Counted from the stretch's first letter, positions 19,351 to 29,714 are shown. The stretch: DNA of 64,000 nucleotides from Promethearchaeia archaeon (GCA_029856145.1 JAHQWK010000001.1:544001-608000), one strand, 5' to 3'. Numbers and translations are program-made. The notes: generated by a model not told the origin, from the sequence alone.

Positions 19351-20064
19351 ATGGAACCAATAGAAATTCTCAATGGCGTATTTAGCATATTATTTGTTGT
19401 AATTTCTTTGATTGTTGGTTTAACAATTATAATTAAATATTTCGAGTATAAACAAAGAACTCTTTTATATTTTGGGATTACATGGATAGGATTAACCTCA
19501 CCCTGGTTACCTAGCTCAATTTCATTTTTAAAAGCATTATTCACAGGGATTGGACTCACTCCTCCTATTTATTTTTTAATAGGAAACGTTGCGGCTCCAA
19601 TTATATTAATAATTTGGATACTAGGCTTTACAGATCTTAAATATAGGGATAAAAAAAAGATATTTGTTATTGTGTATGCAATAATTGGAGCTGCTTTTGA
19701 GATATATCTTATATATTTCATTTTGGTTGATCCTAATGTTATTGGTGAAATATCTGGAATTCTTGATGTACAATACAAATCTGTTGCTTTAGTATATGCT
19801 CTTTTTATAGTTTTGAATTTGCTTATTCCCGGTATTTTGATTGCTAGAGAATCTATTAAATCAGAAGATAAAGAAATTAAACTAAAAGGAAGGTTTTTAT
19901 TAGCAGCATTTATTTCCTGGACAATAGGAGCTATAATGGATGCTGCATTACAGCCAAATATTATAACATTAACAATCGCGAGATTAATACTTATCTCAAG
20001 TGCATTAGAGTTTTATACTGGTTTTCTATTGCCTGAGAAGGTTAAAAAAATCTTCTTAAAATAA
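19351..20064 (+). CDS. 7-TM integral membrane protein without a soluble output domain
   Basis: Seven hydrophobic segments; basic cytoplasmic loops (KEIKLKGRFLL). Confidence 0.8.
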   Translation: MEPIEILNGVFSILFVVISLIVGLTIIIKYFEYKQRTLLYFGITWIGLTSPWLPSSISFLKALFTGIGLTPPIYFLIGNVAAPIILIIWILGFTDLKYRDKKKIFVIVYAIIGAAFEIYLIYFILVDPNVIGEISGILDVQYKSVALVYALFIVLNLLIPGILIARESIKSEDKEIKLKGRFLLAAFISWTIGAIMDAALQPNIITLTIARLILISSALEFYTGFLLPEKVKKIFLK

Positions 20065-20117
20065 AACTTTTTTTTTTTTTGAATAAAATGAAAATTATCA
20101 TGTTATGATTATTAAGT

Positions 20118-20666
20118 TTATAAAATGAATATGGCTGCAACAACTACTGCTGCCCATTCGTCTTCTTCTCTAACAGTAGCATCAGCAGTAATGCTTTTTG
20201 TTTCAACTATTTTTCCTCCCATTTTAAACACTTCCCTCTTTTCATCATAATTTAAATTGGGATCAAAAGGAATGCCAAGAGTAGTAGCTAGCATTTCTGC
20301 TGCTAAATCTTCAGCAATATCCCCCACTTTTTCTGGCTTAACGCCAAAAGAATGGTGCTCACTTAAATATCCATATTGTCCCTTATCAGAAGGTTTAGCA
20401 ACACCAATAGAAGCACAAATCAATCGATTATATTCATTAGACTCTTCTCTAGCCAAAACAGCAAAAATAACTTGACCAGGACGGAGTTGTTTTAGACCAT
20501 CTTCTTTATTAGTTTCAATACAATATGGGGGTAAAATGGAAGAAACATTCACTATATTAAACTTTTCAATTCCAGCATCTCTAAGGGCTTCTTCGAAAGC
20601 AGTTAGCTTAGATTTATGAAATCCCTTACCTTTTACTAAGAAAACCTTTTTTGGGACTAATGACAT
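20118..20666 (-). CDS. pdaD: Pyruvoyl-dependent arginine decarboxylase
   Basis: VPKKVFL..G.G, FEEALRDAGIEKFNIVNVSSILPP (Ser-Ser self-cleavage site), GYLSEHH. Confidence 0.93.
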   Translation of the reverse strand: MSLVPKKVFLVKGKGFHKSKLTAFEEALRDAGIEKFNIVNVSSILPPYCIETNKEDGLKQLRPGQVIFAVLAREESNEYNRLICASIGVAKPSDKGQYGYLSEHHSFGVKPEKVGDIAEDLAAEMLATTLGIPFDPNLNYDEKREVFKMGGKIVETKSITADATVREEDEWAAVVVAAIFIL

Positions 20667-20999
20667 TACTTTATCATTATTTCTTTATATTATTTGATTA
20701 TGGATTTAATATTTAAAGTTGTATTTAAAATTATTTGAAACTTAAATAATACATTAAAATTTTTGACGTTTAAATTAGAAATATTCTGCCTAATTAAATA
20801 ATATAATGCTAATTCTCTATAATATAATAAAATAGGTTATTAAAAAGAATTAAAATGATGAATTAAAGAATTTTTTAAAGTTTTATATAAAATATACTCA
20901 AATAAAGGTTCTATTTTAGATATAATACTACTAATTCAAGACTTTTTAAAAAAATTCAAAAAGATCATTTTAAAATTATTAAAACATTTAATTTTATTT

Positions 21000-21989
21000 A
21001 TGAAAATCCCTCAAAAAGAAGATTTTTTAATAAAAAAAGTTAAGCCTTTCAATCCAAAAAATGTAAAGAATATAAATAATCTTTTGACAGCTCTTAAAGA
21101 TTGTGGTTTCCAAGGAAGAAATCTAGGTTTTGCTCTTGATATCTTAGAAAAAATGGTTTCTAATAAAAATTGTTTGACTGTGTTAACTCTAAGTGGGGCA
21201 ATGGTTCCTGCGGGTATGGGAGAACTAATTTCGGTATTAATGGAATATAATTTAATTGATATATTAATAAGTACGGGAGCTAACCTTATACATGACTTAG
21301 TAGACGCTGTAAGTAATGTAGGACACTATTTGGGAAGTCTTAATGTTGATGATGATGAATTATTTAAGCATCGAATAAATAGAATTTATGATATCTTCCT
21401 TCCTGAAGAAAATTATGATAAAGCTGACATAAAATTATTGGAAATTATTCAATCCTCATTTGAAGAGAAAAAAATTCAAATCACACCTTCAGAATTTCTA
21501 CAAAAAATTGGTAGTAAACTATCAGCAGAGTGCATTCTTTCAATGGCAGCTAAAAAAAACATACCCATATTTGTGCCAGCCTTTTCAGACTCAGAGTTAG
21601 CTTTGAAACTTATAAAATATGATCTTTATGAAGGATATGACTTTCAATTTGATATCTTAGGGGATGTGAAAAAGTTTGGGGATATTGTCAGGAATTATAA
21701 AGAATATGGAACCCTAATAGTAGGTGGGGGGGTTCCACGAAATTGGGCTCAACAAATATTTCCTATGTTGGATCAATTCGATAAAATAGAGAAAATGGGA
21801 TATAATTATTCAGTTCGTATTCACACAGCAATGGAGTACGATGGTGGGCTTTCAGGAAGTACATTTTCAGAAGCGAAGTCATGGGGTAAATATTCTTTAG
21901 AGTCAAAACATATAAGTGTATGGTGTGATGCTACTATAGCTTTACCAATTTTAATCACTGGTTTATTACAGCGGTTAAAAATTATTTAA
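21000..21989 (+). CDS. dys: Deoxyhypusine synthase family protein
   Basis: GFQGRNLG, SGAMVPAG, STGANLIHD, RIYD, PAFSDS, GGGVPRN, DGGLSGS..SEAKSWGK (catalytic Lys retained), DATIALP. Confidence 0.9.
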   Translation: MKIPQKEDFLIKKVKPFNPKNVKNINNLLTALKDCGFQGRNLGFALDILEKMVSNKNCLTVLTLSGAMVPAGMGELISVLMEYNLIDILISTGANLIHDLVDAVSNVGHYLGSLNVDDDELFKHRINRIYDIFLPEENYDKADIKLLEIIQSSFEEKKIQITPSEFLQKIGSKLSAECILSMAAKKNIPIFVPAFSDSELALKLIKYDLYEGYDFQFDILGDVKKFGDIVRNYKEYGTLIVGGGVPRNWAQQIFPMLDQFDKIEKMGYNYSVRIHTAMEYDGGLSGSTFSEAKSWGKYSLESKHISVWCDATIALPILITGLLQRLKII

Positions 21990-22326
21990 TATTATTTAAT
22001 TATCTATTTTATCAATAAATATTTTAATGCTGCTTTCTTTAGTACTTATCACGTTTATAAATAATTGAAATACTTTCGAGAATTAAAAAGAATCTTTAAT
22101 TAAAATAAACTGGACTATTTTTTAATTAATAAAAATTAGATAATCAAATTCTCATTAATAAAAATCTTCAGTTTTAAATTTTACTCATATTAAATCAATT
22201 TTTTAAACTTTAGTAGTTGTTATTGAAATTAGAAACATTTAAATATAGTATAAGTCTTATATCGTATTTGAAAATATACAATAATTTTAATCTATTATAA
22301 ACAAGAAAAGAATAGAGGTTAGAAAA

Positions 22327-22461
22327 ATGAATTCAAACAAAAAGAGTTGGAAGAAAAAATTCGAGGAAGAAGATGAATGGGAAGAAGACGTAGAATATGA
22401 TGATGATGAGGGTATAGATGAAGATTGGGAAGATTATGAAGAAATTGAACTAGATAATTAA
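22327..22461 (+). CDS. 44-aa basic-then-acidic microprotein (not in ORF track)
   Basis: MNSNKKSWKKKFEEEDEWEEDVEYDDDEGIDEDWEDYEEIELDN; GAGGT RBS-like element just upstream; purine-rich coding-like stretch in AT-rich intergenic DNA. Confidence 0.7.
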   Translation: MNSNKKSWKKKFEEEDEWEEDVEYDDDEGIDEDWEDYEEIELDN

Positions 22462-22644
22462 TAGATGACTTCAGAATAGCTTTAAATTTGTTTCATTTCA
22501 TCTGAAACCTTGAAAATGCATAAATAAGTCAATTTTATTTCGTCGCTATTTAATTTTTATAAATTAAAAATTTAATCATCTTATAACTAAAGATGATTTT
22601 ATATTAAAGGAAGAACATAATATATAAAAATAATTTAGTTAATA

Positions 22645-23943
22645 TTAAGCATCTTCTAATTTTATTACACTATTTAATTCTGTAAACGCTTTCTTTTGTT
22701 TTTGGTCATCAAGTAAACAATCTGTAACCTTCCAAAATCTATATTCATGGTTTAGATAAGCTGGACAGTCTTCTCTAATCTCTTTCTGGCAATCGGTTAT
22801 TTGCCAGCATTGAAAACTAACCTCTTCAAAAAATTTATGAAATCCCTTTGGTAAGTTTTTATATTTAAAATTAGTTTTTTTAAGATATATGTCCAAATCG
22901 TTTGAATTATAAGTATTCCAAAATAATACTTTTTTAGATTTGTTTTCCTCTTGTTTGATAAAATCAAACATTGCTGCCATCGCTTTTCCAGTATATGTTG
23001 TGTCTAAGTTAAATCCTTTTTCTTTCCCTTCTAAATCAAATACAATATCTACCGCATTTTGACTTTTTATTGTTTTGATGCCATATCCAGAACCTAAATA
23101 GCCTTCTATTAATTTAAAATCATTTTGAGAAATCTTGATCTTAGGGAAGCTCTTATCTCTCTTACTTAAGTATTTAAGAGCTTTATTAGCATTTCTAGTT
23201 AAATTGGAAACATTAGCAAGAAAACTTCTATATACTGCTACAGCATAGACTTTAGTTTTTAAGCTTAATAATTTACATCCTGCTACTAATCCTGCTGCTG
23301 TTCCTGTAGTACCTCCTGCTACAAATATAACATCAGGTTCGGGGATTTGGCCTTTTTTAATTTGCTCACTTAGCTCCAAAATTGCTTCTATAAAGCCAAC
23401 TATTCCTAAAGGAGTACCTCTACCAAATAAAGGACTTCCCCCTGGAAGTATAAAATCGTATTTACGGTGGAAAATCCAGAAAAATAAAGTTTTAATAAAT
23501 GTACTTACATCAGTTTTACTAAGATGTAAATTTGCTCCAAAATAATCATATAAAAATAATGAACGTTGGACATGCCAAGTAAGAGGTTGATTAAAAAGAA
23601 ATAAATCACATTTTAAAGGAGGATTTAAATTATTACATAGAGCTACACAAGCCAAACCATGGTTAGTTCCAATGCCTCCAGAAGTTACAATAGCCTTTTT
23701 CTTTTTCTTATTAATTACATTTCCAAAGATAAATTCAAATTTCCTTAGTTTATTTCCTCCATAAATTTGATGATTTTTATCATCCCTCTTAATGAATAAT
23801 TGCCCTTTATGAAAATTAAAATGTTTTTCTAATTCAATTAATCTCTCCACAGGAGTTGGGAAATTAGTAAGTAGAGGGATCCAAGGCACTTTATCCTTCA
23901 GATTCGGAAACATTTTAAATAATAGTGGTTCTCTTTGCTCCAT
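22645..23943 (-). CDS. PLP-dependent D-cysteine desulfhydrase/ACC deaminase family enzyme with C-terminal Cys/Trp domain
   Basis: PTPVERL, IKRDD, GGNKLRKFEF, GTNHG, LDTTYTGKAM; tail CWQITDC...CPAY...FWKVTDC. Confidence 0.88.
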   Translation of the reverse strand: MEQREPLLFKMFPNLKDKVPWIPLLTNFPTPVERLIELEKHFNFHKGQLFIKRDDKNHQIYGGNKLRKFEFIFGNVINKKKKKAIVTSGGIGTNHGLACVALCNNLNPPLKCDLFLFNQPLTWHVQRSLFLYDYFGANLHLSKTDVSTFIKTLFFWIFHRKYDFILPGGSPLFGRGTPLGIVGFIEAILELSEQIKKGQIPEPDVIFVAGGTTGTAAGLVAGCKLLSLKTKVYAVAVYRSFLANVSNLTRNANKALKYLSKRDKSFPKIKISQNDFKLIEGYLGSGYGIKTIKSQNAVDIVFDLEGKEKGFNLDTTYTGKAMAAMFDFIKQEENKSKKVLFWNTYNSNDLDIYLKKTNFKYKNLPKGFHKFFEEVSFQCWQITDCQKEIREDCPAYLNHEYRFWKVTDCLLDDQKQKKAFTELNSVIKLEDA

Positions 23944-24005
23944 ATTTTATAAAATATTGAATTAATAAAAAAATTTTATAAAATGAAATAATAGAGAATG
24001 AAGAC

Positions 24006-24785
24006 CTATAATCTTTTATTTTTATCTTTGACAAATTTTTCAAGTCTTCTCTTAAGATCATCAGATTGACCCGTTAAGATCATGACACGTAATTCTTTAG
24101 CTAGAACTGATTCAATAGAAGCATCTTGATTCTCATTTATTAGTTTTTTTGCCCATTTAAGAGCAAGATGATCTTTTTGTACTATTGTATTAGCTGTACG
24201 TTTAAGAATCCTTCTTAAACCCTCTAGTTTACAGACTTGATTCACTAATCCTATCTTGAGGGCTTCTTCGGCATCAATTTCAGAGCCTAAATACATTAGT
24301 TGCTTAGCTCTTCCCTCGCCAATAATTCTGGGCAATAGTTTGGTAGAGGCATTAGAAAAAAAAAGCCCTACTCCTAACTCTGGGAGCATTATTCGCGTAT
24401 TATTAGCAGCAATTCTTAAATCACAATATAAAAGTTGCTCAAACCCTCCACCTATCACCCAACCGTGAAGACCAGCAACTATAATACCTGAATGTGAAAT
24501 CATTACTCTTGTTAGATCTTGAAAAGCCTTTAAAAATTCAACTGCTTCTACCATACGATTTTTATTAGTGAGTAAATCATATCCATATTTTAAATCTGCA
24601 CCTACGGTAAAGTCTTTACCATTAGCTGAATAAATAATACAAATATCATTATTTTCAGCACTTTCATTAAAAGCATTAATAATTTCTTTAAGAGTATCTA
24701 AATCTATTGCATTTCTTTTCTCAGATTTATTTAAGGTAATTTTTCCAATATCACCTTCTTTTTCATATAATACAATATTTTCCAT
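24006..24785 (-). CDS. Enoyl-CoA hydratase/isomerase family protein
   Basis: ITLN..EKRNA, FTVGADL, HGWVIGGGFE...CDLRIA, LPE..VG, AEEALKIGLVN. Confidence 0.92.
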   Translation of the reverse strand: MENIVLYEKEGDIGKITLNKSEKRNAIDLDTLKEIINAFNESAENNDICIIYSANGKDFTVGADLKYGYDLLTNKNRMVEAVEFLKAFQDLTRVMISHSGIIVAGLHGWVIGGGFEQLLYCDLRIAANNTRIMLPELGVGLFFSNASTKLLPRIIGEGRAKQLMYLGSEIDAEEALKIGLVNQVCKLEGLRRILKRTANTIVQKDHLALKWAKKLINENQDASIESVLAKELRVMILTGQSDDLKRRLEKFVKDKNKRL

Positions 24786-24833
24786 ATTCAGACCTCCATT
24801 TATGAATGTGTAAAATTCTCTAAATCGTAAATT

Positions 24834-25736
24834 CTATCTTAAAACATATCCATTTCCTTTTTGTTTTATTTTTCTATTTTTAATGAGTTTATCAAAATGC
24901 TTTTGGATCATTATCATTTCTGCAATAATTTCATATTCCTTGAATTGACTATAATTTTTATAAATAATATTTTTCCTTTTAAAATCTATTATCTTTTTCG
25001 GATTGGTTTCAGAAAAATAGGATAAAATCCGTTCATCTCGTTGATAAATTATTGATTTATATTTACTCAGTTCTTCTTTTATTACTTTTTCACCTTCAAT
25101 TATTCCTCTATGACCTGTAACAGCCGTTCTTATATCAAATTCATTTAATTTATTAAGTGATTCTTCAAAATCACTTAAATTTGAGTCAATACCAGCATAA
25201 AAAACAAAATTAGTTAAATCAATATCCGCTAAAAATGCTATTTTAGAATTCAATTCTAAAAATGCACAATGACCGGCTGTATGCCCAGGAGTATGAATAA
25301 CTCTTATATTAAAATCGTTCCCAACTTTAATAATTTGATTATCCTCTAGAAGAGTATCAATTTTAGTGTTCTCAAGTTTTAAACCTTCCATAAGCCATTC
25401 AAATTCTTCTTCTGATGGAGAATTAGAGATTCCATAAAACTCATTAAATTTACTAACATTTTCTATCAGGAATTTATCTTTTGAATGAATATGAAACTTT
25501 GCATAAGGTAATAATCTATTACCTGAAGTATGATCTTCATGCCAATGTGAAAGTAATACATTATTTATAGGATAAATTCTTTTAAGTTTTCTTAAAAGCC
25601 TACTAGAAATACCTGTGTCTATTAAAAAATCATCTATTAGTAAAGAATGTGAATAAGGATATTTACCATATCTAGCTCCTTTTATGAAAACTATTTTCTT
25701 ATACTCTTCTGAAATAGGTTGTATAAAATGCTTCAT
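24834..25736 (-). CDS. MBL-fold metallo-hydrolase
   Basis: LIDTG, SHWHEDH, HTPGHTAGH, TGH. Confidence 0.9.
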   Translation of the reverse strand: MKHFIQPISEEYKKIVFIKGARYGKYPYSHSLLIDDFLIDTGISSRLLRKLKRIYPINNVLLSHWHEDHTSGNRLLPYAKFHIHSKDKFLIENVSKFNEFYGISNSPSEEEFEWLMEGLKLENTKIDTLLEDNQIIKVGNDFNIRVIHTPGHTAGHCAFLELNSKIAFLADIDLTNFVFYAGIDSNLSDFEESLNKLNEFDIRTAVTGHRGIIEGEKVIKEELSKYKSIIYQRDERILSYFSETNPKKIIDFKRKNIIYKNYSQFKEYEIIAEMIMIQKHFDKLIKNRKIKQKGNGYVLR

Positions 25737-25826
25737 TACAATCTAAATTAAATTATTGTACTTTTTAATGATTGGTAAAAACATGAAATTAAGATAATAA
25801 TAATTTGAATCGAAGGGTTTGAAAAA

Positions 25827-25991
25827 ATGTATTATTATTGTCCTAATTGTGCTTCAATGAAAATGCCAAAAGTCTTAAATTATTTTCCACCTAAAACGGT
25901 AAGATGCTTAAATTGTGGATATATTAACGTAGAAACTAAATTTATAAAAGAACATCAACAGAAATTCGCACAACTTCATTACTCTCATTGA
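25827..25991 (+). CDS. 54-aa Zn-ribbon microprotein (not in ORF track)
   Basis: MYYYCPNCASMKMPKVLNYFPPKTVRCLNCGYINVETKFIKEHQQKFAQLHYSH; two CxxC pairs. Confidence 0.75.
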   Translation: MYYYCPNCASMKMPKVLNYFPPKTVRCLNCGYINVETKFIKEHQQKFAQLHYSH

Positions 25992-26036
25992 AGCTCTAAT
26001 ATTTTCTATTTTTTTTTGAATTTATTGTATTTAGAA

Positions 26037-26213
26037 TTACTTCAAAGCGTAATAACAGCGTTTAGGTGAATAAACTTTTCCTTCTTCCCTTAATTCTTTT
26101 ATTATTTTCGATACTTCCTTCGATTCAACACCAGTTTGCTCAGCAATTTCACCAGGACGTAAAGGCTTATCAGTACTTTTAAATACGGTTAAAACTTTTT
26201 CTCTTGCACCCAT
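26037..26213 (-). CDS. 58-aa winged-helix DNA-binding microprotein (not in ORF track)
   Basis: MGAREKVLTVFKSTDKPLRPGEIAEQTGVESKEVSKIIKELREEGKVYSPKRCYYALK; typical wHTH pattern. Confidence 0.85.
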   Translation of the reverse strand: MGAREKVLTVFKSTDKPLRPGEIAEQTGVESKEVSKIIKELREEGKVYSPKRCYYALK

Positions 26214-26312
26214 AATTCATCAAATTTTTATGTAATGTGAATAAAGTAATTTATCTTCCTATTTATAAAATTATTTTATATTTAAAAATAAAAACTCAAT
26301 ATATATGATAAA

Positions 26313-27788
26313 TTAGTATGCTTTCGCAATATATACAGTACATCCAGCAGGTTTCTCACATATTAAACATGTTGCAAATTCATGTTTTTCTTCATCAACT
26401 CGTTTTCCACGGACACCTCCTCCAATTTCTTTTTCAACCACTTCAGCACAATGATATGCATTCATATCAATTGAACAGAAACCACAGCAGACTATTTTCC
26501 CCTGTTCAATTGCTTCTTTAGCAGAATCTTTTTCATAGCATAACTCAACTTGAGATTCAAAGTCAATTAATGATTTTTTTTTAATTTCTTTTGTGTAGTT
26601 CTGAGCAATCTCATTAACTTTCTTTTCTAATTCTTTTTCTTTCACAATAAATTTCTTACTATCATGTCTCTTTATTATAACTAATTGACCCTTTTCGATA
26701 TCTCTAGGACCTATTTCAATTCTGATTGGAACTCCACGTAATTCCCAATAATAAAATTTACTTCCAGCAGATTCATCTGACTCATCGAGTTTAACAGTAT
26801 ATTTGTCTTTTAAGATTTCAAAAATTTCTTTAGCTTTAGCTAAAATCGGTTCCTCTTTTCCTTTAAACAAAATAGGAATGATAACAATCTGAACTGGAGC
26901 CAGATCAAAAGGTAAGACTAAACCATTGTCATCTCCCAAATACGCAATCATAGCTCCATAATTCCTACTCTGAGCAGGACCATAACAAGTTTGATAACCA
27001 TATTTCTCTTTCCCATCAGTGTCCACGAACTTTACATCAAATGGTTTTGAAAAGTTTTGACCTAAAAGGTGTGTTGAAGGTAATTGTAGAACTTTTCCTG
27101 AACCCATTAGAGCATCAGCTGCATATGTATGAACAGCTCCTGGGAATTTATCCCATTCTGGTCTCTGAAAAAAGATGATAGGAATACAGCATTCATCTTG
27201 AAGAATTTGATAAGTTGTTTCCATATCCTCTTTAACCTGCTCCATTGCTCCTTCCATAGTAGCAAATACATTGTGCGATTCAATCCAATGAAATTCTCTT
27301 GCTCTAAAGAAAGGTCTTGTCATTTTTCCCTCATATCTCCAAACTTGACATGATAAATATCTCTTAAATGGTAGATCTTTATAACTTCTAATCCATAAAG
27401 CATACATCTTATAAAGGGCGGTTTCACTTGTGGGACGTAATGCCAAACGTTCAGACAATTTACCAGAACTCCCCGCTTCGGTAACCCAAAATACTTCAGG
27501 AGAGAATCCCTTAACATGTTGAGCTTCTAATAAAAAATTAGATTCAGGAATAAGAGAAGGCATTGTTAAAGGGAGATGATCTTTTGCTTCTAGTAAATCT
27601 TCTGTTTTTTTATACATCTTTCTAATTGTGAGGGTCGCCCATTCTCTATAAACAACAAACCCCTTGATATTATATCTAATATCTGCTAATTCTGCTTTAT
27701 TAATTATTTCGGTATACCACGCTGAAAAATCATCTTTTTTCGAAACTGTGATTCCCGTAATAGGAGCTTCTTTTTTCTTTTTAGCCAT
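26313..27788 (-). CDS. proS: Proline--tRNA ligase, archaeal/eukaryotic type
   Basis: FSAWY, LALRPTSET, RPFFRAREFHWIESH, HLLGQNFS, GVPIRIEIGPRD, C-terminal Zn domain ending AKAY. Confidence 0.97.
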   Translation of the reverse strand: MAKKKKEAPITGITVSKKDDFSAWYTEIINKAELADIRYNIKGFVVYREWATLTIRKMYKKTEDLLEAKDHLPLTMPSLIPESNFLLEAQHVKGFSPEVFWVTEAGSSGKLSERLALRPTSETALYKMYALWIRSYKDLPFKRYLSCQVWRYEGKMTRPFFRAREFHWIESHNVFATMEGAMEQVKEDMETTYQILQDECCIPIIFFQRPEWDKFPGAVHTYAADALMGSGKVLQLPSTHLLGQNFSKPFDVKFVDTDGKEKYGYQTCYGPAQSRNYGAMIAYLGDDNGLVLPFDLAPVQIVIIPILFKGKEEPILAKAKEIFEILKDKYTVKLDESDESAGSKFYYWELRGVPIRIEIGPRDIEKGQLVIIKRHDSKKFIVKEKELEKKVNEIAQNYTKEIKKKSLIDFESQVELCYEKDSAKEAIEQGKIVCCGFCSIDMNAYHCAEVVEKEIGGGVRGKRVDEEKHEFATCLICEKPAGCTVYIAKAY

Positions 27789-27843
27789 AGAAAATCATCA
27801 AATATAATATTTAAAAAATTATATATTTTATCCTTGCTTCTGG

Positions 27844-28821
27844 TCATTTTCTTAATTCATCTAACATTTCTTCAACTTCCTGATATAACTCTGGATAAAG
27901 TTTAGCAAATATACGATACCAATCTTTCCCAATCATTCCACCACCATAAAAACAAAGAATACAACCTATTAGAACAATTTCCTCATGATTCAAATTGAAT
28001 ATTACCATGGATAGAAAATCTGTTCCATGAATTATCATACTTACAGCAAAACTATTTAATAATATTCCAATATGATAAATTGGAACTCTTGGTGAACTAA
28101 AAAATTTAATAGAATCGGGGGTCATTTGATCAAATACAGTTGTCCCCATACTATTTTCTTTAACCTCTCTTTTTTCTATAAATTTAAACTGTAAAACATC
28201 CCTCAAATCTCTGAAAACTAGAAAACTTCCACTAAACAAAAACAATAAAAGCAAAATTGTATCTACTGCTAAATAGATTCTTAACTGGTTCTTCATTACC
28301 TCGTGTTGAATTAATAAAAGACGGATTACCCATAAAAAAAAGGCAAATATAACAAATAAAATGCCTACAAATCCTTCATGAATGCGATATTTCTGAAGAA
28401 ATCTTCTTTTTTTACTATGATTCGAGTTATTTTTAATAAATTTAATAAAGTTTAGAGTTAAGCCAGGAGATAATATAGAAATGCACAAGATAACTATTAA
28501 ATCTCTTATAATAGAACAATCTAAAAAATTTGGCTCAATTTTAAACAACTCTAAAAAATAAAGAAAAATCCATGAAGGAGTTCCAGAAGCAATCATAGAA
28601 ATAAAAAAAATATTGAAAATCTTAAAAGAAACTAAATATAAGAGTAAATAAAAAGTCACTGTGAAATATATGATTGTAACCATCCAAACTATACTTAGTT
28701 TACTCTCATTCCATTCATACAGTATACTGGAATTAATGAAGTAGTTGATTACTATAATACTAAATATAAATAAACACAAAATAATTGCTGCTTTAATAAA
28801 TATTAAATACTTTCTCATCAA
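27844..28821 (-). CDS. Polytopic membrane protein
   Basis: About 8 hydrophobic segments; YRIHEGFVG motif. Confidence 0.75.
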   Translation of the reverse strand: MMRKYLIFIKAAIILCLFIFSIIVINYFINSSILYEWNESKLSIVWMVTIIYFTVTFYLLLYLVSFKIFNIFFISMIASGTPSWIFLYFLELFKIEPNFLDCSIIRDLIVILCISILSPGLTLNFIKFIKNNSNHSKKRRFLQKYRIHEGFVGILFVIFAFFLWVIRLLLIQHEVMKNQLRIYLAVDTILLLLFLFSGSFLVFRDLRDVLQFKFIEKREVKENSMGTTVFDQMTPDSIKFFSSPRVPIYHIGILLNSFAVSMIIHGTDFLSMVIFNLNHEEIVLIGCILCFYGGGMIGKDWYRIFAKLYPELYQEVEEMLDELRK

Positions 28822-28850
28822 ATCGCTTCAAAAATCGATAAATAAGATAT

Positions 28851-29597
28851 TTACTCTTTATCAAATAATAATTTTGCATCTGTAATAATAAACGATGTTT
28901 TTATTATTACTTGATATTTTTTAGATTCCAAAAAAGTTTTTAATTCGGTTCCAATTTGATTTAATTTAGCTTTATCTTCCTCATTTAGAACCGAATAAAT
29001 GATAGCAGAAAGGGCAGATGGTAATTCTTCTAATATTGAATCACTAGGGGGAACTATAGATATGTAATCAGCACCGGCTAATTGTGCAATTTTTTTTATT
29101 TCTTCTTCCAAAGAGCCAAATGTAAAATACTGCTTGCTTTTGGATAAAAATTTTTCTGATATTATTTTCTCTAAATTTGCACGTGAAGTTGGGTCATAAA
29201 AAGCAGTTAATTCTTGAGAACAAATAGTTTTGTATTTTCCATTTATTAAAATATCCTTATCTTCTATGAACTCAATTAACTTTTTATAATAATCAGGATC
29301 AATCTTTTGAAAGTTTTCAATATTTCTAACTAAATCTGTCAACTTATCGATTAAATCATAATAAAATTTTAAGGTGGATTTAATTACTAATTTATCTTTC
29401 ATTTCTTTTATTTCAAGATAATACTTCTTAAGAATAAGGTTTACATTATGATTAAATTTAGCGCATAACTTAGCTATCTCATTTATATTTTTTACAGATT
29501 TCTTGCTTAATTGATTTAGTAAGGAATTGTCTAAGGTTGATAAACTTTCAAATATCTCGTTAATCTTATTGTAATACTTTTTCTCTATATAACTCAT
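28851..29597 (-). CDS. Hypothetical helical protein
   Basis: 248-aa ORF co-oriented with neighbours. Confidence 0.75.
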   Translation of the reverse strand: MSYIEKKYYNKINEIFESLSTLDNSLLNQLSKKSVKNINEIAKLCAKFNHNVNLILKKYYLEIKEMKDKLVIKSTLKFYYDLIDKLTDLVRNIENFQKIDPDYYKKLIEFIEDKDILINGKYKTICSQELTAFYDPTSRANLEKIISEKFLSKSKQYFTFGSLEEEIKKIAQLAGADYISIVPPSDSILEELPSALSAIIYSVLNEEDKAKLNQIGTELKTFLESKKYQVIIKTSFIITDAKLLFDKE

Positions 29598-29714
29598 ACC
29601 CTTATAAAAAAAATAAAAATCTACCTATATAATGTTATTTTTTCCAAAATCTCTAAGAAAATACCTGCTAAAGGCAGAAAATTAGTAAAGGCGTTAAATT
29701 TTTTACTTTAATAT

